This document shows positions 19,818 to 30,382 of a stretch of 64,000 bases of DNA, piece by piece; positions within the stretch are counted from its first letter, which is position 1, and every line of letters starts with the position of its first letter. The stretch comes from Actinomycetota bacterium (GTDB taxonomy: Bacteria > Actinomycetota > Acidimicrobiia > Spongiisociales > UBA4744). Position numbers and translations under genes: made by a program. Under the pieces are notes generated by a model that was not told where the DNA came from, did no database searches, and saw only the letters and a list, made by a program, of their open reading frames with translations. The stretch lies in contig JAADGS010000030.1 of assembly GCA_013152275.1 (NCBI GenBank), positions 1 through 64,000 on the forward strand, in the 5' to 3' direction.

Positions 19818-20294
19818 CTACTCGGCGATGGCGGCCATCTCGGCACCGGTGAGCGCCGTCAGGTCGGTCGGCGCCACCTCGACCTGCACTCCTCGCCTCC
19901 CCGCGCTGACGAAGATCGAGTCGTACCGGCCGGCGGAGGCATCGATGAACATCCGAAGGCGGCGACGCTGTCCGAACGGGCTGATCCCACCGACGACGTA
20001 CCCGGTGAGTCGCTGCGCGTCGGACGGCTCGGCCATCGTCGAGTGCTTGCCACCGGCAACCCTGGCGAGCTTCTTCATCGACAGGCGCCGCGACACCGGA
20101 ACGATCCCGACCACCGCAGAGCCGTCGACCGTTGCGACGAGGGTCTTGAACACGCGTTCGGGGGCCGCACCGAGAGCGGCTGCGGCCGCCTCACCGTAGG
20201 AGAGGTCCGTGTTGCCGATCTCGTAGGAATGCACAGTGAAGGCGACACCGGCAGCTCCGAGTGCTGCGATCGCGCGAGTTCCGCCCTTGGCCAT
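19818..20294 (-). CDS. ybaK: Cys-tRNA(Pro) deacylase
   Basis: RVFKTLV, TGYVVGGISPFGQ, SAGRRG. Confidence 0.92.
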   Translation of the reverse strand: MAKGGTRAIAALGAAGVAFTVHSYEIGNTDLSYGEAAAAALGAAPERVFKTLVATVDGSAVVGIVPVSRRLSMKKLARVAGGKHSTMAEPSDAQRLTGYVVGGISPFGQRRRLRMFIDASAGRYDSIFVSAGRRGVQVEVAPTDLTALTGAEMAAIAE

Positions 20295-20456
20295 GTCGCC
20301 ATGCTGGCACACGACCACGGCCGCGGGCGACCGGCTCGAGTGCAGCACAGCTCCGATCGTGCTCAAACGCGCCCGGCCCGTGCGTCCACCCCACGGCCCT
20401 GCACCGCTGCCGCGTCACGATGCGAAACATGGAACGCGTGATGCCTGGCACCGGCA

Positions 20457-22274
20457 TCACCCGGCAGACTCCTCGCTCCCGCCGTCCGGGCCGTAGATCT
20501 CGATCTCGCGCCACGCCACCCAGCTCGGACTCAGCGTGGTCGTCACTCGCACTGCGACGACGTCGGTGACCGGCTCGGGGAACCGGTACTCGAGGATGTC
20601 TCCGTCGGCGGTCGGGCCGTCGAAACGGTGCAGGGACACGGTCCTGCCGGACGCGAGTGTCGCGACGATCTCGTGGACGGTCCGGCCGGCCGGCCACTGG
20701 GCGATCGTCAGCACGATCGAGCCGACGTCGATGCCGTCGGGGAACGCCATCTCGATCCACTGCGGCGCGTCCGCCCCGGAACCCCACTGGGCAGCGCCAC
20801 CGTCGACGGCGGCCTCCGGCGGCTCGGCCGGAAGGCTTCGTGACGCCCGTACCGGCGCATGGAACGCGACGTCGGCGGTGCGGACGTCCGCGGGGCTGCA
20901 TGGGTTCCGGCGTGCCGGTGACAGGGCGTCGAGCAGCAGCCCGTCCTCATCGACGAGCCCCCACGTGGCGTCACCGATCGCTCTCGGCGCCTGCACGTAT
21001 GCCCAGTGCAGCCAGCCGTCGAACCCGAGGTCACACGAGTCGGCCACCCACGTCTGCAACGTCCACGCGGCGACGTCGAGCTTGGGATACCGATCGATGA
21101 ACGCGCCGAACTCGCCCATGATGATCGGTCTGGCCGTGTAGTCGACCATCCCGAAGTTCTCCGCCATCTTCGCCAGGTCGATGTCGCCGCCCGGATACGC
21201 GTGGAAGTCGAAGAAGTCCAGGTCGCTGTCGGCGACCAGCGGCGCGGTGTCGACGTACCGGTCGTCACCGATCGTCGTGTCGTTCGGGAAGCCCGGTGTG
21301 AAGAACCCCATGGTGACCAGTCCGTCCGGATCGTGGACCCTGATCACCGATGCGACCTGGTCGATGTAGTAGCGGATCCCGTCGGTCGTCATGGCTCGCT
21401 TCTGTTCCGGATCGGAAAGGTCGTAGCCGTGGCCGTTTGCGGTCGTCACCACACCGGAGCTGAGCGACAGTGGCGGCTGTCCGGCGAAGAACCACTGCTC
21501 GTTGAGGATCGACCAGGCAAGGATCGCGTCGAACGCCGCATCGGCGTCCTCCAGGCCACCCATCAGATCATCCCAGTAACGCACTGCCGCAGCGACCCCG
21601 GGAGCAGTGAGGTAGTGGGCGTTGCGGTAGCCGGCGAACTGGTCGGATGCGCCCTTGTTGGACTCCTCCCAGTAGCCACCCTGATCCGGCAGGTCATTCG
21701 ATGTCAAGAGCAGATAGAGGCCTTGTTGCCGGGCGATGCGGGTCACCTCGGCAATCACCGCCAGATACTCGGGGTTGAGGCCGCGGCCTTTCGAAGAACC
21801 GATGCACGCGTCTCCCGAGCCGCACGAGTCCATGAACATGCGCACCGTCGTGTACCCGGCCTCGGCGAGACGGGCGAAGTCGGCGGTGACCTGTGCCTCG
21901 TCGAAGACGGCCGGTGAGAACACCCGATCTTCGAACCCGCCGGCGACCGGAACGATGTCGAAGTAGTCCACGCCGACCGGAACGAACGACTCACCGGTGT
22001 CGGCGACGACGAACCGGTCTCCGTCGATCGTGATTCGCGACACGGGCCGCTCCGGCACGGTCGTCGGAGACGTGGAAGTCGAAGCCGGCGGTGTCGTCGC
22101 CCGGGTCGTCGGAAACGTGGACGCCGAGGCCGGCGGCGTTGTCTCCCGGGTCGTCGCCGGTTCGGTGACCGGGGACGTCGTTGAGGAGTTCGCCGGTGCC
22201 GCCGTGCCTGGCGAGCAGGACACGGCCGCCATGGACACGGCCGCCAACCAGACACCCAACCTGTACCTCATCAC
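20457..22274 (-). CDS. Secreted lipoprotein: GH5/clan GH-A glycoside hydrolase plus C-terminal F5/8 (discoidin) domain
   Basis: Lipobox AAVSC, Thr/Pro linker, ILNEQ acid/base, DFHAY, MGEFG nucleophile, C-terminal AVDG...W...PQWIE...WREIEIY. Confidence 0.8.
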   Translation of the reverse strand: MMRYRLGVWLAAVSMAAVSCSPGTAAPANSSTTSPVTEPATTRETTPPASASTFPTTRATTPPASTSTSPTTVPERPVSRITIDGDRFVVADTGESFVPVGVDYFDIVPVAGGFEDRVFSPAVFDEAQVTADFARLAEAGYTTVRMFMDSCGSGDACIGSSKGRGLNPEYLAVIAEVTRIARQQGLYLLLTSNDLPDQGGYWEESNKGASDQFAGYRNAHYLTAPGVAAAVRYWDDLMGGLEDADAAFDAILAWSILNEQWFFAGQPPLSLSSGVVTTANGHGYDLSDPEQKRAMTTDGIRYYIDQVASVIRVHDPDGLVTMGFFTPGFPNDTTIGDDRYVDTAPLVADSDLDFFDFHAYPGGDIDLAKMAENFGMVDYTARPIIMGEFGAFIDRYPKLDVAAWTLQTWVADSCDLGFDGWLHWAYVQAPRAIGDATWGLVDEDGLLLDALSPARRNPCSPADVRTADVAFHAPVRASRSLPAEPPEAAVDGGAAQWGSGADAPQWIEMAFPDGIDVGSIVLTIAQWPAGRTVHEIVATLASGRTVSLHRFDGPTADGDILEYRFPEPVTDVVAVRVTTTLSPSWVAWREIEIYGPDGGSEESAG

Positions 22275-22381
22275 GGCTCACCCTATCGGCGGATCGCAGA
22301 CCGCGCCGCCGCGGACGACCAGGTGGTTTGCAGCACCGCTTCGGTGCAGCCCGATGGCCCCCGGCCGGATGAGACGGCGGC

Positions 22382-23632
22382 CTACAGGAGGCTGCGGCGC
22401 CTTCTGCCTCGGGCGGGACGTCGAACGATCCGCTTCGGTGCCTCCGGGGTGAGGTCTGAGGGCGCCTCCCAGGAGGCGAGGTCGTCGAGACGGTCGTCGT
22501 TGGAGAACATCTTCACGATCGGTTCGAGCAGGCCCGCCTCGTTCTGGATGTTGCGCATGGCGACGAGTTGGTCCCATTCGACGAACGTGACGACCAGGCC
22601 GGCCTCCCCTGCTCGGGCCGTCCGGCCCGAACGGTGCAGGTAGGTCCTCGAGTTCTCCGGCACGTCGTAGTGGATCACCACGTCGACACCGTCGATGTCG
22701 AGGCCTCGGGCGGCAACGTTCGTCGCGACCATGACCTGCACCTTTCCGGCGGTGAAGTCGGCGAGCGTCCGTTCACGCTTCTTCTGTGGAAGGTCGCCGT
22801 GGATGGCGCGCGCCCGCACACCCAGATCGGCCAGGTCGTGAGCCGCCCGGTCGCATGACCGCTTCGTGCGGACGAAGACCAGCACCCGGTCGGCCGACCG
22901 CGCGATGCGTGCCGCCACCTTGGGCTTGTCCATGTGGTGCACCTGGATGAACCGGTGCCGGGACGTGTCGACGGTGATGGTCTCGGACCCGACGAGGTGC
23001 ATGATCGGATCCTTCATGTACAGATTGACGAGCTGCGACACGCGACCGTCGAGCGTCGCGGAGAACAGCATCGTCTGATGGTCCGTCTCGAGCTGACGCA
23101 GCAGGTAGTGGACCTGGGGCAGGAAGCCCAGGTCGGCCATCTCGTCGGCCTCGTCGAGGACGAGCGTTTCGACGGCGCGCAGCGACACGACGTTGCGGTC
23201 GGCGAGATCGATGAGCCGTCCCGGCGTCGCGACGACCACTTCGGTGCCTCGCTGGAGTGCGTCGATCTGACCTTTCATCGACGCCCCGCCGTACACGGCG
23301 GTCACGGAGAAGCCCCGCCGTCGTGCGAACGGTTCCAGCGCCTCGGCGACCTGGAGGCACAGCTCCCGGGTCGGGACGAGCACCAGTGCCACTGGTTGTT
23401 TCGGCTTGGCGGCGTGGAGCCGTTCGACCAGCGGCAGCCCGAAGGCGAGCGTCTTGCCGGACCCGGTCTTCGCCTGCCCGCACAGGTCCTTGCCGGCGAA
23501 GCCGTCGGGAAGTGCGAGCGTCTGGATCGGGAATGGGGCACTGATGCCCTGGTCATTGAGGATGGCGGTGAGGTCCTCGGCGACGCCAAGGTCCCTGAAT
23601 GCGGATGTGTGTTGATTTGCGGCGATGGCCAC
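22382..23632 (-). CDS. DEAD-box RNA helicase
   Basis: Q motif PFPIQ, AKTGSGKT, PTREL, TPGR, DEAD, SAT, ARGLD, HRSGRTAR. Confidence 0.95.
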   Translation of the reverse strand: MAIAANQHTSAFRDLGVAEDLTAILNDQGISAPFPIQTLALPDGFAGKDLCGQAKTGSGKTLAFGLPLVERLHAAKPKQPVALVLVPTRELCLQVAEALEPFARRRGFSVTAVYGGASMKGQIDALQRGTEVVVATPGRLIDLADRNVVSLRAVETLVLDEADEMADLGFLPQVHYLLRQLETDHQTMLFSATLDGRVSQLVNLYMKDPIMHLVGSETITVDTSRHRFIQVHHMDKPKVAARIARSADRVLVFVRTKRSCDRAAHDLADLGVRARAIHGDLPQKKRERTLADFTAGKVQVMVATNVAARGLDIDGVDVVIHYDVPENSRTYLHRSGRTARAGEAGLVVTFVEWDQLVAMRNIQNEAGLLEPIVKMFSNDDRLDDLASWEAPSDLTPEAPKRIVRRPARGRRRRSLL

Positions 23633-23878
23633 GGTGCTCCAAGAGAGGGTTCGACAGGCTCGATCCGCTATGGAGAGCCGCCGGAGTTGTCCGGCCTAGA
23701 CCACCCTAGCGGATAAACCGCGTTCCGCTCGATACCTGCGCCCCCGACTCTGGGCCCATGGCGGCGTCTGGACCCCCTGGACCCACTGTTCTCGAGGGTG
23801 CACAGAGCCCCCACCGGGCCGCGAGTCACCGGCACCGTTGCTCACATCCGGTAGGTTCAACGGTGGAGGTCGGGACAG

Positions 23879-24526
23879 TTGAACGACACCGCACCACCGG
23901 AGGAGCGAGATCACAGCCCTTCCGCCGCGCCCCGCTACACGAAGGCGCGGCATCACCACGATCTCGAACGCATGCGCCGGCTATTCCACCGCATGAACCA
24001 CTTCATGGTGCTCGCCTGGCGCCTCGGATTCGGACCGGTGCTCAACATGTGGCCGTCTGTGACCGGGCGGATACTCGTCCTCGTCCACACCGGAAGGAAG
24101 AGCGGCAACCGCTACTACACGCCGCTGAACTACGCACCGGACGGAGATGCCCTCTACTGCCTCGTGGGCTTGGGACCGCGAACGGACTGGTACCGCAACG
24201 CCATGACCGAACCGAACGTGCAGGTGTGGCTGCCGAGTGGTCGGTGGTCCGGCGTTGCGCGCGACGCGACACACGATCCGGATCGAAACACCCGCATGCG
24301 CCAAGTCCTGATCGCGAGCGGCTTTGCCGCCTGGACGCTCGGCTTGTATCCGAAGAGGATGAGCGACGAGCAGGTGGAGGAGGCGACCCACGACTACCGT
24401 CTGGTGCGCATCGTGACGGCCGAGCATCTCGCCGGTCCCGGAGATCTGGCGTGGGTATGGGCACTCCCGGCTGCGGCGGCCCTTTCGTGGACGATGCGAC
24501 ACCGGCGACCCACACGATCCGGCTGA
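23879..24526 (+). CDS. Deazaflavin (F420)-dependent nitroreductase family protein
   Basis: LVHTGRKSG..YTPL, DWYRN...P.V.V. Start may be 23972. Confidence 0.8.
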   Translation: MNDTAPPEERDHSPSAAPRYTKARHHHDLERMRRLFHRMNHFMVLAWRLGFGPVLNMWPSVTGRILVLVHTGRKSGNRYYTPLNYAPDGDALYCLVGLGPRTDWYRNAMTEPNVQVWLPSGRWSGVARDATHDPDRNTRMRQVLIASGFAAWTLGLYPKRMSDEQVEEATHDYRLVRIVTAEHLAGPGDLAWVWALPAAAALSWTMRHRRPTRSG

Positions 24527-24552
24527 AGCGATCCGGCCGAAGACCGACGATC

Positions 24553-25797
24553 CTACGAGACCTCGGCTCCCCCAAGGGATCGAAAATCCGTGCCGGTGGG
24601 CTCTTGGAAGGGGCGCAGCCCGAATTCGGGAAGCATGGCGAGGAGATGGTCGAAGATATCGGCCTGCAACGCCTCGTACTGTGGCCACCGGATATCGTTG
24701 GCGAACACGTAGATCTCGAGAGGGAGCCCTTTCGGTCCGGGTGCGAGTTGCCGGATGATGAACGTCATGTCCTTGGCGATGCCCGGCAGGCTCTTCAGGT
24801 AGGAGACCATATAGGCGCGCAGCGTCCCGATGTTCGTGAGCCGGCGCGGGTCACCGATCATGCCTTCCGGAGGCTCGTTTGCAGCGTTGTACTCGGCGAT
24901 CTCCTGACGTTTCGCCTCCATGTAGTCGGCCAGCGGAACGAAGCGGGTGAACCGTTCGACCTCGTCATCGGTGAGAAATCGAACGCTGGACATGTCGATG
25001 TTGACGGCCCGTTTGATGCGCCGGCCACCGGCTTCGGTCATCCCCCGCCAGTTCTTGAACGATTCGGAGATCAGCTTGTACGTGGGGATGGTGGTGATCG
25101 TCTTGTCCCAGTTCTGCACTTTGACGGTGTGCAGGGCGATGTCGATGACATCGCCGTCGGCGTTGAACCGGGGCATCTCGATCCAGTCTCCGACACGAAG
25201 CATGTCGTTGGTGGCGAGCTGGATCGATGCGATGAACGACAGGATCGTGTCTTTGAAGATGAGCAGAAGGACGGCGGTTGCGGCGCCGATGCCGCTGATG
25301 AAGAACCATGGAGACTGGTTGGCGAGGACCGCGACGACGAGGACGGCGGCGAACAGGTAGATGAAGATCTGGACGACTTGCAGGTAGCCCTTGATCGGCC
25401 GGTCTTTGGAGACAGGGAACGTCTCGTAGATGGTGTTGACCGCGGCAAGGAGCGATCCGAGGACCATCGCGGCGATGACGACGACACCGGCGCCGGCGAC
25501 ACGCCGCCACGCTTCGACCCAGAAGTCACCGAGGCCGGGAACGGCGGAGACGCCGGCGTAGAGGACGACCGCGGGGATGAGTAGCGAGATGCGGTGTTGG
25601 AACGTGCGATCTGCGAAGACATCGTCCCAGCGAAACGTCGTGTGCTTGGCTGCCCTGCGGATGACCGGGAGGCCGAGGGCCCGCACGGCGAAGTAGGCCA
25701 GGAAGGCGAGAGCCACAACGACGGCAATGGCTACGAGGGTGGCAATGATGCCGGTGCCGAGCCATCGTTCGAACAGGTTGCTGATCGTCGTCTCCAT
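24553..25797 (-). CDS. MscS-family mechanosensitive channel (YbdG/MscM-like)
   Basis: FKDTILS, GDWIEMP..ADGDVIDIALHTVKVQNWDKT, NWRGM...GRRIKR. Confidence 0.93.
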   Translation of the reverse strand: METTISNLFERWLGTGIIATLVAIAVVVALAFLAYFAVRALGLPVIRRAAKHTTFRWDDVFADRTFQHRISLLIPAVVLYAGVSAVPGLGDFWVEAWRRVAGAGVVVIAAMVLGSLLAAVNTIYETFPVSKDRPIKGYLQVVQIFIYLFAAVLVVAVLANQSPWFFISGIGAATAVLLLIFKDTILSFIASIQLATNDMLRVGDWIEMPRFNADGDVIDIALHTVKVQNWDKTITTIPTYKLISESFKNWRGMTEAGGRRIKRAVNIDMSSVRFLTDDEVERFTRFVPLADYMEAKRQEIAEYNAANEPPEGMIGDPRRLTNIGTLRAYMVSYLKSLPGIAKDMTFIIRQLAPGPKGLPLEIYVFANDIRWPQYEALQADIFDHLLAMLPEFGLRPFQEPTGTDFRSLGGAEVS

Positions 25798-26039
25798 ACG
25801 GGTGTGAGCCTAGAAGACCGCCAGGCAATAGGTGGCATGCATCGCGGTAACCACACCGGCGAGAATGCTTACTCCTGGACCCTGCGTATCCGCCTCGCGA
25901 TCCCGAGTCGACTCGAGGTCGCGTCACGGGGTATCGATACCGGGCGCCAGCTACGGAATACGAGTCTGCGTGGAACGAGTGGGCGGCTGGGCAAGTCGGC
26001 TCCAATTAGGCTGGATCGAGAAGCGTCTCTACGACTCCT

Positions 26040-26076
26040 GTCCCATTCTCCGGGACACAGTTCCGTCCTACGGAAC
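26040..26076. promoter_or_regulatory. Tandem 17-bp palindromic operators (putative IclR sites)
   Basis: GTCCC-N7-GGGAC, aca, GTTCC-N7-GGAAC upstream of iclR. Confidence 0.7.
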
Positions 26077-26109
26077 GCGCGTCTAGACTGTGGAGGAGTC
26101 ACCGGGGGA

Positions 26110-26925
26110 ATGTGTGTGCATACGAACAACATATCGGAAGGGCAGACAGTCACGGCAATCGAACGGGCTGCCGACGTACTGACCCTCTTCGCGAACTCGG
26201 ACTCACCAACACTGGGAGTCACCGAGATCGCCCATCATCTCGAACTCTCCAAGGCGGTCGTCCATCGAATCCTCACGTCGCTCCGCCACAAGGCGTATGT
26301 GGATCTCGATGAGAAGACGCGGCGGTACTCGCTGGGACCTGCTGCACTGAATCTGGGCCTTTCCCACATGCAGCGCCTGGATGTGCGAACCGTCGCCCGT
26401 CCGTTCATGCAGAGCCTCTCGGACGCAACCGGGGAGACAGCGACACTCTCGATTCACAGCGGCGCCCACCGAACCTACGTCGATCAGATCACGCCGCCGC
26501 GTGAAGTCAAGATGACCGTGCAGCTGGGAAGGCCGTTCCCGCTCCATGCAGGTGCCTCGTCGAGAGCTTTTCTCGCGTCCGACGATGAGCGAGAGGCATA
26601 CCTGGACCACGGCAACCTGGAAAGGCTCACCGAGCACACGATCACCGATCAAGAACGTCTGCGTGAACTCATGCGCCAGATCCGCGCGCAAGGATATGCG
26701 ACGTCCAGCGGCGAGCGCCAGCCCGGTGCGTCATCGGTTGCTGCGCCCGTGTTCGATCACGAGGGTCGACCGGTCGCCGTGATGAGTGTGTGCGGCCCGG
26801 CCGAACGGTTCGCCGGTGAAGTCGAAGCCGCAACCACCCTGCTGCTGGCAGCCACCACGTCGGTTTCAGAGGAACTCGGATACCGGCCATCTCGTGCTGA
26901 AGGAGGAACCAATGTCCACATATGA
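26110..26925 (+). CDS. IclR-family transcriptional regulator
   Basis: AIERAADVL, LGVTEIA..LELSKAVVHRIL, GETATL, PLHAGAS, VAAPVF. Confidence 0.93.
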   Translation: MCVHTNNISEGQTVTAIERAADVLTLFANSDSPTLGVTEIAHHLELSKAVVHRILTSLRHKAYVDLDEKTRRYSLGPAALNLGLSHMQRLDVRTVARPFMQSLSDATGETATLSIHSGAHRTYVDQITPPREVKMTVQLGRPFPLHAGASSRAFLASDDEREAYLDHGNLERLTEHTITDQERLRELMRQIRAQGYATSSGERQPGASSVAAPVFDHEGRPVAVMSVCGPAERFAGEVEAATTLLLAATTSVSEELGYRPSRAEGGTNVHI

Positions 26926-28345
26926 CCTACTCATCAGAGGCGGAACGCTGGTGACCGCCGAACAAGATGGCATCGCCGCTGATATCGGCGTCAAAGGAGG
27001 CCGGGTGGCCGCCATCGCCGACCACCTGCCAACTGATCAGGCCGAGAAGGTCGTTGATGCGTCAGGGCATGTCGTGCTCCCGGGTGGAGTCGACCCTCAC
27101 TTCCACATAGGGATCTACCAGCCGGTCGAGCAAGACGCGTTCCATGAGACCCAGTCCTCGTTGGTCGGTGGCGTCACGACGGTGGTCAGCTACTTCCGGA
27201 CCGGCAGCCACTACCTCGACAAGACCGGTTCGTACGAGGACATCTTCCCCGAAGTGATCGACAAGACCGCCGGTCACGCTCACACCGACTTTGGCTACCA
27301 CCTCGCTCCGATGACCAAGGAGCAGGTGGGCGAGATCGACCGGCTCGCCGGGGAAGACGGGGTGCCCTCGTTCAAGCTGTACATGTTCTACAAGGGCCTG
27401 AACCTGGCTGCCGACTCCACCGACGCGGGCACCTACACGATGGCCGGCAGCTACGACCTCGGTCACGAGTACGCCGTCATGGAGGCGATCAGTGCCGCCA
27501 ACGACAAGTACGCAGACCGGCGTGTCTCCCTATCGATCCACTGTGAGCAGTCCGAGCTGCTCACGTTCTTCATCGACCGGGTCCGCAGCAAGGGGAACCC
27601 TCAGAGTCTCGCCGACTGGAGCGCCGGCCGGCCGCCGCTGAGCGAACGCGTCGCCATCGAGGAAACGGTCGCTCTTGCCGCGGCAACCGGATGCCCCATC
27701 AATCTGCTGCATCTCTCCTCTCGAGAGGCTCTCGAGACGGCCGTGGAGGCCCGCAAGGCCCATCCTCACATGGATATCCATCTGGAGACAACACTGCACT
27801 TCCTCGCCCTCTCGAACGACAAGGTGACCGGGTTGGGCGGCAAGGTGAATCCACCACTGCGCACCGCCGACGACATCGAGGCACTGTGGGAAGGCGTGCG
27901 CGACGGATGGATCAGCTGGGTCGGTTCCGACCATGCGTGCTGCATGATGGAGCAGAAGGGCAACGACCTGTGGCACGCCCTGCCGGGCTTCGGCGGGACC
28001 GGGCTTCTCTACCCCGTACTCCTGAGCGAGGGATATCACAAGCGGGACATTCCCCTTTCTCGCATCGTTCAGATCGCTTCGACGACCAGCGCGAAGGCGT
28101 ATGGCTTGTACCCGAGAAAAGGGACGATCGCGGTCGGCAGCGACGCCGATTTCGCCATCGTCGACCTCGATCTCGAACAGACCGTGACAACCGGGATGCT
28201 CCTGTCGGCCCAAGACCACACCCCGTTCGCAGGTGTAGACGTCAAAGGCTGGCCGACGACAACGATCCTGCGTGGCAAGGTCATCTATCAGGACGGCAAG
28301 GTCATGGGACCTCCCATCGGGCGCTTCATCAAGCGTCCGGTCTGA
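26912..28345 (+). CDS. Cyclic amidohydrolase (allantoinase/dihydropyrimidinase/hydantoinase-like)
   Basis: LPGGVDPHFH, PSFKLYM, HCE, HLSS, KVNPPLR, SDHAC, KGTIAVGSDAD. Confidence 0.88.
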   Translation: MSTYDLLIRGGTLVTAEQDGIAADIGVKGGRVAAIADHLPTDQAEKVVDASGHVVLPGGVDPHFHIGIYQPVEQDAFHETQSSLVGGVTTVVSYFRTGSHYLDKTGSYEDIFPEVIDKTAGHAHTDFGYHLAPMTKEQVGEIDRLAGEDGVPSFKLYMFYKGLNLAADSTDAGTYTMAGSYDLGHEYAVMEAISAANDKYADRRVSLSIHCEQSELLTFFIDRVRSKGNPQSLADWSAGRPPLSERVAIEETVALAAATGCPINLLHLSSREALETAVEARKAHPHMDIHLETTLHFLALSNDKVTGLGGKVNPPLRTADDIEALWEGVRDGWISWVGSDHACCMMEQKGNDLWHALPGFGGTGLLYPVLLSEGYHKRDIPLSRIVQIASTTSAKAYGLYPRKGTIAVGSDADFAIVDLDLEQTVTTGMLLSAQDHTPFAGVDVKGWPTTTILRGKVIYQDGKVMGPPIGRFIKRPV

Positions 28346-28360
28346 ACAGATCCCGCAGCT

Positions 28361-29728
28361 TCAACCAGACTGCCCGACCGATCGCCCGGCGAGATAGCCA
28401 AGACCGAGAGCAGACAGGAGACCGTTGCCGGCAAGGTAACCCTCCGCGCCATGGCCAGAGATGCCGACGGCAGCCCCTCCGGCAGCGTACAGTCCATGAA
28501 TCGGGGACCCGCCACGAAGAACCCTGGCGTTGTCGTCGACCCGCAGACCGCCCTGGGTGTGGAACAGGGCGCCGGTCACCTTCACCGCGGCGAATGGCGC
28601 CTCCAGCGGGGCCTCCCAGTCGGTGCGCCCAAACGGGTCCTTCACCCGACCCCGGGATGCCTTGTCTGCCTCGGCGATGGTCGCACCGAGCACGGCAGCG
28701 TCGACATCGATCACTTCGGCGAGTGCGCCGACATCTTCGGCCCATCGGACCGCTCCGACCTCAAGGAGGTCGTCGTAGTCTTTGAACACTCGACAGGCCC
28801 TGTCGATACGACCGTCAAAGATCACCCACGCCTCTCCGCCGGGCTGTCGCAGGACTTGCACCGCATACTCGGAGTATCCTGTCGGCTCGTTCCCGAAACG
28901 ACGGCCCAGAGCGTTGACGAGGAACCCTCCGTGCATCACCACCGCCCAGGTCACCAGCACCCCGTGTGGAGTCGCAACCGAGCCATGTCCCTGATAGGCA
29001 TCGAGGCATGCCGTGTCCGCGCCCACCATCGCACCGATCGAAAGGGCATCTCCTGTCGAACCGTCTCCACCGAAGTACAGACCACTCTCGATCTCAGGAA
29101 TGAAACGGTGTACGAGCTCCGGCACGGCCCCAAAGCCATTGGTCGCCAACACGAGCGAACCGGTGCGGATCACCTCATGGCCGCCATCGGGCGTCTCTGC
29201 CTCCACACTCGCAAGGGCACCTGCTTCGAGCTGTACCCCGGTGACACGCATGGGCACGATCACCGTGATCTCCTCGGAGCACTTCACGGCCTCGAGCAGG
29301 TGCCGGTGCAACGTTCTGCCTGCACGATCAGGCACGGCATGACAGCGATCACGTGAGTGGCCCGGATAATGAAAGTCTGTGACGAGACTCAGCGGCACCT
29401 CCAGGTTGTCGGCCATCCACACAACCAACTCGGGTGCGACGTTCGTCAGCGCTCTCGCGACGATCGGATCCGCACTCCCCTTCGTCTTGCGCATGATGTC
29501 GTCATAGAAGCGTTCCGGTGAGTCATCGATGCCCGCCGCCGCCTGCCAACGGCTGCCCGCGGCGGGAACCATGGCGGTGCTCATCGACGTGTTCGAGCCG
29601 AACCGAAAGGTCTCCTTGGCCTCAAGCAGCGCCACGGACTTGCCTGCTTCCGCTGCCGCCAGCGATGCAGCGAGTCCGGCCGCCCCGGCTCCGGCCACGA
29701 CGACGTCGACATCGACCGATGGGCTCAT
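28361..29728 (-). CDS. FAD-binding oxidoreductase (flavocytochrome c/fumarate reductase/TcuA-like)
   Basis: VAGAGAAG, LATNGF, HTQGGLRVD, GLYAAG, YLAGNGL. Confidence 0.85.
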   Translation of the reverse strand: MSPSVDVDVVVAGAGAAGLAASLAAAEAGKSVALLEAKETFRFGSNTSMSTAMVPAAGSRWQAAAGIDDSPERFYDDIMRKTKGSADPIVARALTNVAPELVVWMADNLEVPLSLVTDFHYPGHSRDRCHAVPDRAGRTLHRHLLEAVKCSEEITVIVPMRVTGVQLEAGALASVEAETPDGGHEVIRTGSLVLATNGFGAVPELVHRFIPEIESGLYFGGDGSTGDALSIGAMVGADTACLDAYQGHGSVATPHGVLVTWAVVMHGGFLVNALGRRFGNEPTGYSEYAVQVLRQPGGEAWVIFDGRIDRACRVFKDYDDLLEVGAVRWAEDVGALAEVIDVDAAVLGATIAEADKASRGRVKDPFGRTDWEAPLEAPFAAVKVTGALFHTQGGLRVDDNARVLRGGSPIHGLYAAGGAAVGISGHGAEGYLAGNGLLSALGLGYLAGRSVGQSG

Positions 29729-30381
29729 TCCGTCCTTCTCACGACGAGATGGCGTCGAGCAGCCAAAGCCAGCAGTTCGAGCGCAAGAGCGGTCGGATCG
29801 ATGACCGTCGGCCCCTGGGAGGGCTGTACCTCCACGGCCGAGCACCCGTTGATGACCGAGTCGACGTTGTGTGCCTTCAACTCGTCAAGAGCAGCCGCGA
29901 GGGCCCCATTCCATGTTTCGGTCCGGACGATGTCTTCGAGATCAAGATGCAGGACCTTCACCACGTCGAGATGCCCGCCCAACCCGAATGCTTCGATCCG
30001 TCCAGTCAGCTCGTTCGCGATGGCCGAAGTCCGGGTTACCGCTCCAAACGTGTGCCCCAGCGCGGCGAGGTAGCCGGCGGTCAGCTTCGTGATGCCGAAC
30101 ACGGGCACCGGCGCCTCGGAGGCCAGCCGCTCGAGAGCAGGATCGAGGACACAGTCGGGCAGGATCGCATCGTATCGTCGCGGGTCGGTGCGCATCGCCT
30201 CGTCGAATACCCACTGCTCGGATTCCCGGATCTGCTCTGCGCTCTCAAGCCGGTCGGGCCCCCCGGAGATGCTGACCAGTTCGATCTCCAGGGGCGGCGG
30301 GGCGAGCGCCGCGTAACGGGCCTGTCGGCGAACAAGTTCCTCGTTGGGGACCACGATCGGGGTAATCGCTCGTATGCGCAT
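29725..30381 (-). CDS. Asp/Glu/hydantoin racemase family protein
   Basis: Catalytic Cys pair PDCVLDP and INGCSAV; VIDP. Confidence 0.82.
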   Translation of the reverse strand: MRIRAITPIVVPNEELVRRQARYAALAPPPLEIELVSISGGPDRLESAEQIRESEQWVFDEAMRTDPRRYDAILPDCVLDPALERLASEAPVPVFGITKLTAGYLAALGHTFGAVTRTSAIANELTGRIEAFGLGGHLDVVKVLHLDLEDIVRTETWNGALAAALDELKAHNVDSVINGCSAVEVQPSQGPTVIDPTALALELLALAARRHLVVRRTE

Positions 30382-30382
30382 G

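Noticed and set aside
23758..25584. Long antisense or shadow ORFs (also 10418..12013, 48339..49907, 52120..53310 and others)
   Set aside because: Typical high-GC shadows of well-supported genes; no family motifs.
26560..26600. IclR possibly short by a few residues at RAFLASDDERE
   Set aside because: The frame is preserved; cannot be judged without an alignment.
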